A DNA stretch of 64,000 nt from Fidelibacterota bacterium (lineage in GTDB: Bacteria > Fidelibacterota > Marinisomatia > Marinisomatales > TCS55). The notes under the pieces were generated by a model. It worked only from the letters and a program-made list of their open reading frames with translations, had not been told where the DNA came from and searched no databases. Shown here piece after piece: positions 10,601 to 19,900 of the stretch. Numbering within the stretch: position 1 is the first letter of the stretch; each line of letters opens with the position of its first letter. The stretch covers positions 1-64,000 of the forward strand of contig JBHHTW010000008.1 in NCBI GenBank assembly GCA_046861385.1, written 5' to 3'. The translations under genes and the position numbers were made by a program.

Positions 10601-10960
10601 GAAAGATTGATGAAGCCGTAATTCCTGGGACCATTCACAATTATAACCTTCGTCCTGCATGTCAATACAGGGTTTTGATACTTCAAGTTTATCCAGTGTT
10701 TGAATCGTTTTCAATTCAATGTACCTTGCACCCATAAGCCAAGATAGTACGATATTTTGCGACATTTGAGTGTGGGGTCCTGCTGCTACACCGATAGGCG
10801 TTTCCATCAGTTGTCCGTACCGATTCATTCTAAAAACATCGCTTTGCGCCGGCTGAAAGAATAAGTCTGTTGTAACTCCAAAGATGCTTCCGTGTTTTTC
10901 TTCTTCAAGAATCCATTTTAGCAAATGCCGGAGTTTTATGGGATACAGTTTATCAGACAC
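7688..10960 (-). CDS. ygfK: YgfK family Fe-S flavoprotein oxidoreductase
   Basis: GVAAGPHTQMSQN, STMHGCPP, FGLKLTNT, GAGPSGL, GGGNTAMD, and C-terminal CDICVGVCPN / CNECGNCTTFCP. Confidence 0.9.
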   Translation of the reverse strand: MSDKLYPIKLRHLLKWILEEEKHGSIFGVTTDLFFQPAQSDVFRMNRYGQLMETPIGVAAGPHTQMSQNIVLSWLMGARYIELKTIQTLDKLEVSKPCIDMQDEGYNCEWSQELRLHQSFSEYLNAWIIIHILKDKFDWGVNIDLGGIFNMSAGYDLAGIKNANVQQFLDLMENSQPELGIRLEQISDIYPNVKNLNIPATLSDNLTLSTMHGCPPHEIEAIGTYLIEERGYNTTIKLNPTLLGTDRLRKILNEHLGYKNVVVPDEAFDHDLKYPDALNLINNLQIKAGKRGVAFGLKLTNTLEVENHRSIFSEKENMMYLSGRALHPISINLAAKLQNEFNGILDISFSAGTDAFNVPDVLAANIKPITVCTDILKPGGYTRFTQYLSEINRRFSEVNAASIDEYILKNDGGSDLKQSGLNNLNRYAESVLSNPAYHKENKHFESIKTDRELTAFDCIKAPCIENCATDQEIPEYMHHVAAGDINQAYKTIIRTNPLPGVTGSVCDHLCQMKCTRSNLDSTLLIREIKRFATENGQVLSLPPKPSNGIKAAIIGAGPSGLSCAYFLALEGFEVHIHEAKPFSGGMVSDAIPVFRLTGESIQNDIDLVESKGVNIHYNSMVDKNLFDMFQKEFDYIYISPGAQKNKKLNIDGEELPNVVEPLTFLSKVRRGETNSIGNRVAVIGGGNTAMDAARASRRLGAEVTIVYRRTMNEMPADIEEIVAALGEGIRLEELTAPETILSNGNGSVVMTCSKMELGEADESRRARPVKIEKSEFDMEFDTIIPAIGQDIAFDFLTRDDLIVNLETNETKLPKVFAGGDAVRGASSVINAVGDGRRAALNIIQSEGTKHNVEGDSNPLRLEKFEYQKRLAFREFGLTTPHLAPDERINFNLVTRTLTKNEAMKEAERCLFCDDVCDICVGVCPNLSNLSYMARQKSYPVYSVRKTENGYEVYLTGTFDLSQEPQIINIGDFCNECGNCTTFCPTSGDPYKTKPRFYLTKESFDAETHGYWLNGDELVFKSMEKTSVLRNEETVFRFINHTVEVTMNKVNLDIQFVKFLNGEHEVKLSKAVEMIILFENLKKTPIFQYEG

Positions 10961-11786
10961 GTATATTTTCCATAGTGTATTTCAAAACATTTTTCAGCAC
11001 CATTCTCCGATATTCAGCAGTAGCTCTTATATCGTCAATAGGAGAAATATCTTCATCTATTAGCTGAATTGCTTTTTCTAAAGAAACACCGTTTATTATT
11101 GCATCAGTAAAAGATTTAAAATAAACAATGGTCGAGGCTACCGCACCGGCTGCAATATTTAGAGAGGTAAATGCTTGATTTATGTTCAAATTATATACAA
11201 TTGCAAAATTGACAACCGCAATAGCCATAGATCGGCGTAAACCTAATTTATAAAATAGAGATTTTTCACCTTTTCGTGGCAAATGAATTTCTGATACAAT
11301 TTCTCCTGCTTCCAAAACAGTTTTTCCGGGACCTAAAATAAAATCTGATATAGGTAAGAGCCGTATACCGTTTGGTCCTTTCATCTGAATCTTTGCTTGA
11401 TGTGCATACAATCCGGGCAACAGGTCTCCTGCAGGCGATGCATTACAAATATTACCCCCAATAGTGGCCCGGTTCCGGATTTGAATACCGGCAAATTGCC
11501 TTGCAGCTTCGGATAATGAACTATATTCATTGTTAATCAATGATGAATTCTTTATGTCGTGAATGGTTGTTAATGCTCCAATGATAATTTCATCCTCATT
11601 TTCCCGGATTCCCCCAAAATCACCCATTTTCTTAATATCAACGAGGACATCTGGCATTAACTCTTTATCAAGTTCCCAACTCGGCATTAAATCAGTTCCG
11701 CCTGCAAATACACCGCACTCAAGGTGTGAATGATCCAACAAGATCTGTTTGAATTCCTTAAAAGATGACGGTGTTTTATAAATCAT
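10953..11786 (-). CDS. xdhB: Xanthine dehydrogenase FAD-binding subunit
   Basis: AGGTDL, QIRNRATIGGNICNASPAGD, PIDDIRATAEYR. Confidence 0.88.
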   Translation of the reverse strand: MIYKTPSSFKEFKQILLDHSHLECGVFAGGTDLMPSWELDKELMPDVLVDIKKMGDFGGIRENEDEIIIGALTTIHDIKNSSLINNEYSSLSEAARQFAGIQIRNRATIGGNICNASPAGDLLPGLYAHQAKIQMKGPNGIRLLPISDFILGPGKTVLEAGEIVSEIHLPRKGEKSLFYKLGLRRSMAIAVVNFAIVYNLNINQAFTSLNIAAGAVASTIVYFKSFTDAIINGVSLEKAIQLIDEDISPIDDIRATAEYRRMVLKNVLKYTMENIRV

Positions 11787-12256
11787 ATCTTTGTGCCTGC
11801 TACTTCTATGGCATCAACTATTTTTTGGTATCCCGTACAGCGGCAGATATTCCCCGATAAATCCTCACGGATGGTTCGTCTATCAGGAGAGTCATGGTCT
11901 TTAATTATCTGCTCACCAGATAATATCATTCCAGGAATGCAATAACCACATTGGACTGAATGATGATCTACAAACGTTTGTTGTATTTTATTTAGCGTTT
12001 TACCATTAGACAATCCTTCAATTGTCATCAATTCAGATCCATTGGCTTCAACAGCAAGAATAAGGCAGGAATTAACTGTTTTCCCATCAAATACTATTGT
12101 GCACGCTCCACATTCTCCCTCTCCGCAAACCTCCTTGGCTCCTGTAAGATTCAAATTATTTCGGAGAAAGTCCAATAATTTAAGACCGGCGGGGACTTCA
12201 GCATGAATTCTGTTCCCATTTACTATCACAGAAATTGGGTAAAGTGAATCAGTCAT
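11783..12256 (-). CDS. xdhC: Xanthine dehydrogenase 2Fe-2S subunit
   Basis: CGEGECGAC...NSC and QCGYC...CRCTGY; both clusters are intact. Confidence 0.88.
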   Translation of the reverse strand: MTDSLYPISVIVNGNRIHAEVPAGLKLLDFLRNNLNLTGAKEVCGEGECGACTIVFDGKTVNSCLILAVEANGSELMTIEGLSNGKTLNKIQQTFVDHHSVQCGYCIPGMILSGEQIIKDHDSPDRRTIREDLSGNICRCTGYQKIVDAIEVAGTKI

Positions 12257-13487
12257 TTATCTGATTCCACGTTTCATTAAAGGAATCCAAATTAGGTGAA
12301 ATAGGCATTGGAACCTTAATCATCTGCTGGGCAGCATCTATATCTTTAAGTCCTGTACCGGTAATCAATACGGTAGCAGTCTCATCAAAATTGATTTTGC
12401 TATCATTTGCTGATTTTATCAGTCCGGCCAAGGCTGCGGCGGCTGCCGGTTCTGCAAATAACCCTGTCGTTTTCGACAGATGATGTTGTGCACTTAATAT
12501 TTCTGCATCGGTTACTTTAAGACCATAGCCCTGACTTTCTTTTACAGCTCGGATGGCTTTCTGTCCATCCCTGGGCTTATTAACAGATATGCTGTCGGCA
12601 ATTGTATCAGAACTCACAGGAATAATCGTACTACTTTCCAATGCATCCACAATTGCTGAAGATCCTTCAGCCTGAATGGCAACAAGTTTTGGCATTCTTT
12701 CTATCCAACCCAGTTGTTGCAAATCGTGGAATCCCTTGTAAACACCTCCGATGATACATCCGTCACCAACCGGTACGAATACTTGATCTGGAATTTTCCA
12801 ATTCAATTGTTCGGTTATTTCCAATGCCACTGTTTTCTTCCCTTCCGACATAATGGGATTCGTTCCCGTGCTTCTGGAATACCAGCCTGTTGTTTTCACA
12901 ATTTCCTCTGATAAATCGAAGGCGTCATCGTAGCTGCCACTCACTGGAAAAAATTTGGCTCCATATTGTAAAACCTGAGTCAATTTAGCTGGTGGAGCAG
13001 AAGACGGTGCAATAATGATGGCATTCATTTGATGGTACGCTGATAAACAAGCCAGAGAAGCAGCCGCATTTCCGGTTGATGCAACCACCATTGACTCAAA
13101 TTCTAACTCTTTGGCATGTTGAACGCCAACTTCTGTGGCCCGGTCTTTCAAGGAACCGGAAGGATTTCTGGTATCATCTTTTAGCCATAGGTCTTTAATA
13201 CCTAATTCTCTTGCTAATCGGGTTTGGTTTACCAATGGCGTTGCTCCAACCAAAATAGATGTATTGTTCGGACAATGGTTTACGGGTAAAATGGGAAGAT
13301 ATCTCCAGATAGAACGATCACAATTTTCCAATAACTGTTTGGTAGACCAACCCTTTTTGATTTGGTCATAATCATAGACAGCATCCAAATTGGAATTACA
13401 TTTTTCACATGTGTAGAGGAAAGGATCAGCTAATGAAAATTCATCACAGGAAATACAACGATATCCAATATGGAAAGATTGTGTCAT
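12249..13487 (-). CDS. Threonine synthase-like PLP enzyme (fold type II)
   Basis: N-terminal CxxC...CxxC, NPSGSLKDRA, ASTGNAA, PVGDG, AEPAAAA, TGTGLKD. Confidence 0.8.
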   Translation of the reverse strand: MTQSFHIGYRCISCDEFSLADPFLYTCEKCNSNLDAVYDYDQIKKGWSTKQLLENCDRSIWRYLPILPVNHCPNNTSILVGATPLVNQTRLARELGIKDLWLKDDTRNPSGSLKDRATEVGVQHAKELEFESMVVASTGNAAASLACLSAYHQMNAIIIAPSSAPPAKLTQVLQYGAKFFPVSGSYDDAFDLSEEIVKTTGWYSRSTGTNPIMSEGKKTVALEITEQLNWKIPDQVFVPVGDGCIIGGVYKGFHDLQQLGWIERMPKLVAIQAEGSSAIVDALESSTIIPVSSDTIADSISVNKPRDGQKAIRAVKESQGYGLKVTDAEILSAQHHLSKTTGLFAEPAAAAALAGLIKSANDSKINFDETATVLITGTGLKDIDAAQQMIKVPMPISPNLDSFNETWNQIND

Positions 13488-14950
13488 TCGTATTTTTTTA
13501 GTAAACCTGTTTTTTCATTGAATTCCGTTATTTTCTCGTCCCATGTATTTACTTGACTGTATGAGTTTGTCCAGTAATTGTCATCATACCATTGGGCATC
13601 CAGCTCTTCAACGGTTTTTCCTTGTTGTTCAATCCACGTAAAATATTTCAGGTTATGCATCCGCTTTTTATCAAGGTAGGAAAGCTCCATCACCCCTTCT
13701 GAATCCAGTCCCATGAGTCGGGCTTCAAAATCTACAGCTGCTCTTTGAGTCGAATATTCACCATACTTTTCACGTTCTTCAACTAATCGTGAGCCATACA
13801 TTTCCATAGAGTCCGTGCCCACCGTAAAGACCATGTCATTTTCATTAAATTCATAATATTTTGCCATTTTTATTGCACCTGCCAGGTTCGCAATTCCGGA
13901 AATACCAAGGAGATGAAGCTGGTCAACGATATTAGAGGACACACCTTGTTCCTTTAGAAAGTCCATACCTATTGATTCATTAAATAACTGCATGAGACGA
14001 ATGGAGATTTCATCATCGATACCGATAATCATATCCATATTTTTCATATTATGAATCCAGGGTACGTGTTTATCGCCAATCCCTTCAATACGGTGCGTGC
14101 CATAACCATTATACAAAAGTGTTGGACATTGAAGCGCCTCTCCTGCGGCGATTTTCATGGCTGGGAATTTTTCGCGCAAAAAATCCCCGGCGCCCAACGT
14201 GCCGGCCGATCCTTGGGTTAAGAACAATCCACTGAAACGCGAAGTATCCATTTTTTCTTGCATAAAGACTTCCTTCATCGCTGAGCCGGTAATGGCATAA
14301 TGCCACAATGGATTGGCAATTTCTTCAAACTGATTTAACACAACTAAATCGTCTCCGCGCTCCTTCTTCAATGCTTTTGTTTTGTCGTAAATCTCCTTTA
14401 CGTTGCTTTCACTTCCGGGAGTCCGGTGCACTTCAGATCCAATCTCTTCCAGCCAGTCAAAACGCTCTTGACTCATTTCTTCAGGCAAAACGGACACAGA
14501 CGGACAACCGAGCAATGCAGAATTAAATGATCCGCCTCTGCAGTAATTCCCTGTGGAAGGCCATAAGGCTTTCTGCCGGGTTGGATCAAACTTGCCAGTA
14601 ATTAATCGTTGTACCAACGGACCAAATGTTGCTCCGACCTTGTGAGTTCCAGTTGGGAAATATTTTCCGAGCAATACAAAAATCCGAGCCTTTACCCCGG
14701 AGAGTTCTTTTGGAATTTCCAAATAATTCACGTTTCCAAATCCCCCGCCTGTCTCCGCTGGTTCATTTTTCCAGGTAATTCGAAATAAATTTCTCGGATT
14801 GACATCCCAAAGTCCGATACTGGATAATTCCGATTTAATTTTTTCAGGAATTTTTTCCGGGTATCGCATTTGTTCATACGTCGGTATCAGGATATTTCTT
14901 TCCCGGCAAAGGCGAATAGCATTTTCTAATATTTTTTCTTTTGTTGTCAT
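13484..14950 (-). CDS. PLP-dependent fold type II enzyme (cysteine synthase/dehydratase-like), uncharacterised
   Basis: FPTGTHKVGA (candidate PLP lysine), PSTGNYCRGG, GSAGT, HRIEGIGDKH. Confidence 0.75.
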   Translation of the reverse strand: MTTKEKILENAIRLCRERNILIPTYEQMRYPEKIPEKIKSELSSIGLWDVNPRNLFRITWKNEPAETGGGFGNVNYLEIPKELSGVKARIFVLLGKYFPTGTHKVGATFGPLVQRLITGKFDPTRQKALWPSTGNYCRGGSFNSALLGCPSVSVLPEEMSQERFDWLEEIGSEVHRTPGSESNVKEIYDKTKALKKERGDDLVVLNQFEEIANPLWHYAITGSAMKEVFMQEKMDTSRFSGLFLTQGSAGTLGAGDFLREKFPAMKIAAGEALQCPTLLYNGYGTHRIEGIGDKHVPWIHNMKNMDMIIGIDDEISIRLMQLFNESIGMDFLKEQGVSSNIVDQLHLLGISGIANLAGAIKMAKYYEFNENDMVFTVGTDSMEMYGSRLVEEREKYGEYSTQRAAVDFEARLMGLDSEGVMELSYLDKKRMHNLKYFTWIEQQGKTVEELDAQWYDDNYWTNSYSQVNTWDEKITEFNEKTGLLKKYE

Positions 14951-14967
14951 ATTGAATCCTTTTATTC

Positions 14968-15936
14968 TTACAATTGATCAGAAACGATTTCTGTACCTGC
15001 CTTACCTCCCAGGGCATCCATCATCTTTTCTACAGATGAAATAATGGACCGCTGTCCCCCATTTTCTATAAATGCAATGCAGGCTTCTACTTTCGGTGCC
15101 ATACTGCCGGATGGAAACTGACCCTCTTTCAGGTATTTTTTTGCTTCCGAAATGCTGATTTTTCCCAGGGGAATTTGTTGGGGAGTTCCAAAATTCAGGT
15201 ATACCTGATCAATATCCGTCAGCACAAGAAAAATGTCTCCATGGACAATTTCGGCCAACCGTTGCCCTGCTTTATCCTTGTCTACCACTGCTTCAATACC
15301 GGATAATTCGCCACTTTCCCCTCGAATAACCGGAATGCCTCCTCCTCCGGATGTAATGACAATGACTCGATTATCTAGGAGAACTTTGATTGCTTCCGCT
15401 TCCACCAGGTTTACCGGATCTGGAGAGGGAACAACGCGACGCCAGCTTTTTTCAATGCCGGGACTCACTTCTTTTACCACATACCCTTTGTTTTGCTGCA
15501 AGGCCATGGCTTCATCTTCAGTATAAAACGGACCCACCGGCTTAGACGGATTTTTGAAATTAGGGTCATGTTCATCAACGATCATCTGGGTAATAACAGT
15601 GGCGATGGGAATGTCGCGACCGTCCCTGTGAAAGGCATTTCGGAGCTGGTTTTGAAACATGTAACCAATTTCTCCCTGAGTCATTGCATCTACTACATCC
15701 AGGGGCATCGATGGAACCAAGTCACTTCCTTCTTCCTGCTGAATCAAAAGATTTCCTGCTTGGGGTCCATTGCCGTGAGTGAGAATCATCAGATAACCCT
15801 CTTTGTTCATATTCACTAGTTGGTCACATGTAAGTGCTATATTTTTAAACTGATCATCAGATGTTCCTTCTTCACCTACCGGTTTGATAGCATTTCCTCC
15901 GAGAGCAATTACAACCAATTTTTTTCCGTTTATCAT
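14968..15936 (-). CDS. arcC: Carbamate kinase
   Basis: VIALGGNA, THGNGPQ, NPSKPVGPFY, RRVVPSP, GGGGIPV, EAVVDKD, GSMAPK. Confidence 0.93.
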   Translation of the reverse strand: MINGKKLVVIALGGNAIKPVGEEGTSDDQFKNIALTCDQLVNMNKEGYLMILTHGNGPQAGNLLIQQEEGSDLVPSMPLDVVDAMTQGEIGYMFQNQLRNAFHRDGRDIPIATVITQMIVDEHDPNFKNPSKPVGPFYTEDEAMALQQNKGYVVKEVSPGIEKSWRRVVPSPDPVNLVEAEAIKVLLDNRVIVITSGGGGIPVIRGESGELSGIEAVVDKDKAGQRLAEIVHGDIFLVLTDIDQVYLNFGTPQQIPLGKISISEAKKYLKEGQFPSGSMAPKVEACIAFIENGGQRSIISSVEKMMDALGGKAGTEIVSDQL

Positions 15937-16050
15937 ATTATTCTTTAATAACCTTGTGATTGGTTAGTGGTAACTGGTGGAGTTATGATTATACCCATTT
16001 TAACTTTTTGGCGTTCCTTTGCGTTCTCCGGGACTAATAAATAAATCATT

Positions 16051-17232
16051 TTAGAATCGTTTCTCCCCTTTCCTTAGGATTTGATCTAAATTATTTATCG
16101 GATCTTCCAACCTCCCTAAAAACATCATAGACGCAATCACGAAGGGTTTATAGCTGGCTTCCAGGTAGGTCTCTCTTCGATATCGCTCAAAGACAGACTG
16201 GCTGACTTCTCCCTTTTCACAACTGACACTACTAATATCTGCCGGCAGACAATGCATATAGAGCGCTTTCCCCTTTTTAGTTAAAGACATTTTTTCTTCA
16301 TCGCATTCCCAATCCTTGAATCGGGCATTATTGGCTAATGCCTCTTTTTCCAGTGACGCCAAACCATCATTATCACCGGATTTTAATAAGTCGGTTCGTT
16401 TTTCCATCACTTGGTAAGGTGCCCATGATTTTGGATAAACTATATCTGCTCCATTGAAGGCCTCTTTCATATCATTAACCATGGTAAAAGAGCCACCGCT
16501 TGCTTCCGCTTGCTTTCCAGCAAGGTCAACCACCTCCGGAATTAATCCATATCCTTGAGGATGGGCCAAAGTAACGTCCATTCCAAATCGTGTCATTAGT
16601 CCAATAATTCCCTGAGGAACAGACAACGGTTTTCCGTAGCTGGGCGAATACGCCCATGTCATGGCGATTTTCTTGCCACGAAGATTTTCCAGCGAGCCAA
16701 ACGTCTGTTTCAGCATGGCCAAATCAGACATGCTCTGGGTTGGGTGATCAATATCGCACTGAAGATTCACCAATGCAGGTCGTTGATGGAGAGTTCCTTC
16801 CTCAAATCCAGTTTGCACAGCTTCCGCCACTTCCACCATATATTGATGTCCTTCTCCCAGATACAAATCATCCCGAATTCCAATTACATCTGTCATAAAC
16901 GAAATCATGTTTGCTGTTTCGCGGACGGTCTCACCGTGAGCAATTTGGGATTTTTCTTCGTCCAAATCCGATACTGCCAATCCTAATGCGTTGGCAGCAG
17001 ACGCAAAACTGAATCGTGTTCGTGTGGATTTATCTCGGAATATGGATATTGCCAATCCAGTTTCAAATGTTTTGAAGGATAATCCTTTTCGATGCATTTC
17101 CCGGAACAACTCAGCAAGAAATAATGTGGCTTTTATTTCGTCATAGGATTTTTCCCAGGTAAGCAGAAAATCTTTTCCATATCCGCTGATATCCAGTTGT
17201 GTGATTTGATTAAATGTCTCTTTTAGATTCAT
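16051..17232 (-). CDS. ygeW: YgeW family (knotted) carbamoyltransferase
   Basis: [53 protein letters not shown]. Confidence 0.92.
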   Translation of the reverse strand: MNLKETFNQITQLDISGYGKDFLLTWEKSYDEIKATLFLAELFREMHRKGLSFKTFETGLAISIFRDKSTRTRFSFASAANALGLAVSDLDEEKSQIAHGETVRETANMISFMTDVIGIRDDLYLGEGHQYMVEVAEAVQTGFEEGTLHQRPALVNLQCDIDHPTQSMSDLAMLKQTFGSLENLRGKKIAMTWAYSPSYGKPLSVPQGIIGLMTRFGMDVTLAHPQGYGLIPEVVDLAGKQAEASGGSFTMVNDMKEAFNGADIVYPKSWAPYQVMEKRTDLLKSGDNDGLASLEKEALANNARFKDWECDEEKMSLTKKGKALYMHCLPADISSVSCEKGEVSQSVFERYRRETYLEASYKPFVIASMMFLGRLEDPINNLDQILRKGEKRF

Positions 17233-18458
17233 TGCATCTTTTCCAATTGTTGTTTTTTCTGTAAATAAACCAGTGGAATTACCACATACATGGCTGCTGC
17301 TTCCACCAATTCACTTTTCCATGTTTTTTCGTTTGGGGCATGTCCTTCTTCTTCATGTCCCGGACCGAAGCCAATGCAGGGAATTCCGTGGCGACCCATG
17401 ATGGCCACTCCATTTGTGGAAAACGTCCATTTATCCACGACAGGTTCTTTGTTAAACAAGGATTTATAAGATTCAACCAAAGATTGCGTCACAATGTGGT
17501 CTTCTTCAATCACCCATGTGGGAAAAAACGCTTCAGTGGGATAGGTAAAACCGGTATAGGATGGTTTTGCATAATTATACATTTCCACCGTCGCACTAGC
17601 AGCTTTCACCGATGGCAAATTACGGATCTCCTCCAGCGCAGACTCCGGTGTTTCACCCATAGTCAGTCTTCTATCAATAGAAATGGTGCATCCATCCGCC
17701 ACTGCACACCTTGATGGGGAACTGTAAAATATTTCAGATACAGTTAATGTTCCTTTTCCAAGAAATTTGTCATCTTTTAACTCACGATTAAGTTGTTCCA
17801 ATTCCATCAGAATAGGCGCCATTTTAAAAATGGCATTATCACCCCGTTCAGGCGCGGAACCATGGCAGCTTACTCCCGGTGTACTTACCTTAATTTCCAT
17901 TCGGCCACGATGACCACGATAAATCCGACAGGCGGTTGATTCCGTACTGACCACGAATTCAGGTTTTAATTTTTTATTATCCAAAATGTATTGCCAGCAA
18001 AGTCCATCGCAATCTTCTTCCTGAACTGTTCCGGTTACAACAAATGTATAATCGTCTTCTAATCCCAAATCTTTGATAATTTTTCCTGCATAAACCATAG
18101 ATGCCATTCCGCCGGTTTGATCCGATGATCCCCGGCCGATAATAATTTCATTATCCTCAAATCCTTCGTACGGATCATAGTCCCAGTTTTCTATATTTCC
18201 TACGCCAACTGTATCGATATGGGCGTCCATGGCAATCACCGTTTTGCCATTTCCCATAAATCCGTATATATTACCCATTTCATCTATTTCTGTTCGGTCA
18301 AATCCCACTTTTTCCATTTCTTCTTTTATCCGCAGAATAACCTGTTCCTCCTGGCAGCTTTCGCTGGGAATGGCCAGAAGATCTCTTAAAAACCGGGATA
18401 TTTCCGGTTTGTAGGCTTCCGCTTTTTCTAAAATTAGATTGTAATCAATGTTTCTCAC
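17229..18458 (-). CDS. ygeY: YgeY family M20 metallohydrolase
   Basis: [44 protein letters not shown]. Confidence 0.92.
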   Translation of the reverse strand: MRNIDYNLILEKAEAYKPEISRFLRDLLAIPSESCQEEQVILRIKEEMEKVGFDRTEIDEMGNIYGFMGNGKTVIAMDAHIDTVGVGNIENWDYDPYEGFEDNEIIIGRGSSDQTGGMASMVYAGKIIKDLGLEDDYTFVVTGTVQEEDCDGLCWQYILDNKKLKPEFVVSTESTACRIYRGHRGRMEIKVSTPGVSCHGSAPERGDNAIFKMAPILMELEQLNRELKDDKFLGKGTLTVSEIFYSSPSRCAVADGCTISIDRRLTMGETPESALEEIRNLPSVKAASATVEMYNYAKPSYTGFTYPTEAFFPTWVIEEDHIVTQSLVESYKSLFNKEPVVDKWTFSTNGVAIMGRHGIPCIGFGPGHEEEGHAPNEKTWKSELVEAAAMYVVIPLVYLQKKQQLEKMQ

Positions 18459-19832
18459 TTATTTATTTCCTTCAACTGCGTCCATTTTTTTCCATAGTCG
18501 TTTTGACTGTGCCTGGGCATTGTTTAAAATTTCAATTTCTGATATTTCTGTAAATTTATAATCTCGAATTCTGAATCGTCCTGCTGTCATTACATCGCTG
18601 GGTTTGTCCAGTCCAAATAAGATATGGCCAATCCAATTCCCAGCATGAAATTGGGTTCGCGGATGATAGTCAAAAATGGCCAAATCCGCAGAATAACCGG
18701 GATCGAGTTTTCCTATTTTCCGATTAAATAATTTTGTGGCAATGTCGGAGTTATTTTTAAACAGCAGCTTTGCATAATTCACATTTCCCGACCCACCTGG
18801 TAAATGACTGCTTCGAATCAACAACCCTTCCTTTGCTTCAGCCAGCATGTTTCCCTGCATCCCATCCGTTCCCAATCCCGCATCCAAATTTTCGATGAGT
18901 TCCGATGATGTCATTCCAACTCGATTATTGGCATTGGAAGATGGATTATGCACCAGCATAGCCCCGGTGCGTTTTATAATTTCTGAATCTTCAGGCTGAA
19001 AATGGATCCCGTGGATGACCAAACTGTTTTCATTTAGAAGGCCAAAAGAATCCAGGCGTTGAATTACGGATGAAAACCCACGGTTTTCTGCGTCAATTTG
19101 ATCAGCTTTATCTTCAGCTGTGTGAACATGAACACCCCAATTTGATTCATGTTTTATTTGTTCTGCAATGCATTGTAATGATTCATCTGATAGCGTGAAT
19201 GAAGCATGTAAACCAATAAGCGGTCGAACTGTTTCTGAATTGTTATTTGCTTTATGGAAACGAATATTCTCTTCTAAACTTTCCTGGAAAGTTTGAGAAC
19301 CGTTTCGGTCAGTTATTTCAAAAGCACCTGAAATATTGATCCCGAAATTTTTCGCCGTTTCTGTCAGTAATTCCAGCGACCCTTCTACAAAGTTTTGACT
19401 GGAATGGTGATCAATAACCGTCGTCACGCCATGGCGAAGATGATCCAATAATCCTGCCTGAAACGATGCTTTTGTACTTTCTTTGTCCAATGCCCTGTCT
19501 AATATCCACCAGACTTGTTCAAGAATTTCTGTAAAATTACTCGGATTGCCTTTCGGAAATGGCATCCCCACTGCCAAAGCGGAGTATAAATGAGCGTGGG
19601 CGTTAATCATTCCCGGGAGAACAGTCTTACCGTATAAATCAATTGTTTCATCGACTGAAATAGGAATCTTAATATGACCGATTTCTTTGATAATTCCATC
19701 CTGGATCAGGATTGACCCGTTTTTGACAAAGTCAATTTCACCGTAAGGATTGACGATGCGGCAGTTTGTGAGTAACTCTATTTTCTTTGAAATTTTCATT
19801 TTTAATAAAATTGAATCATAATTAATTGTCAT
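18459..19832 (-). CDS. ssnA: SsnA-like amidohydrolase
   Basis: PGMINAHAHLYS, GVTTVIDHHSS, GLHASFTLSD, HVHTAE, GLGTDG. Alternative start at 19799. Confidence 0.82.
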   Translation of the reverse strand: MTINYDSILLKMKISKKIELLTNCRIVNPYGEIDFVKNGSILIQDGIIKEIGHIKIPISVDETIDLYGKTVLPGMINAHAHLYSALAVGMPFPKGNPSNFTEILEQVWWILDRALDKESTKASFQAGLLDHLRHGVTTVIDHHSSQNFVEGSLELLTETAKNFGINISGAFEITDRNGSQTFQESLEENIRFHKANNNSETVRPLIGLHASFTLSDESLQCIAEQIKHESNWGVHVHTAEDKADQIDAENRGFSSVIQRLDSFGLLNENSLVIHGIHFQPEDSEIIKRTGAMLVHNPSSNANNRVGMTSSELIENLDAGLGTDGMQGNMLAEAKEGLLIRSSHLPGGSGNVNYAKLLFKNNSDIATKLFNRKIGKLDPGYSADLAIFDYHPRTQFHAGNWIGHILFGLDKPSDVMTAGRFRIRDYKFTEISEIEILNNAQAQSKRLWKKMDAVEGNK

Positions 19833-19838
19833 TAAACC

Positions 19839-19871
19839 TTGCTAATTACACAAGCGTTGTGTAATTAGCAA
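19839..19871. repeat. Perfect 15-bp inverted repeat, 3-nt loop
   Basis: TTGCTAATTACACAA-GCG-TTGTGTAATTAGCAA between xdhA and ssnA. Confidence 0.85.
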
Positions 19872-19900
19872 AATAAATAAGGTTAATACCTCATTCCTAA

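Noticed and set aside
12249-13487. Assigning the symbol thrC
   Set aside because: The family match is clear, but the context (purine catabolism, no hom/thrB) makes housekeeping threonine synthesis uncertain.
15955-16035. Short low-complexity repeats (GAACGCAAAGGAACGCC; ACCAGTTACCACTAACCAATC) between ygeW and arcC
   Set aside because: They resemble leftovers of small-gene-associated repeats but are too short to support a call.
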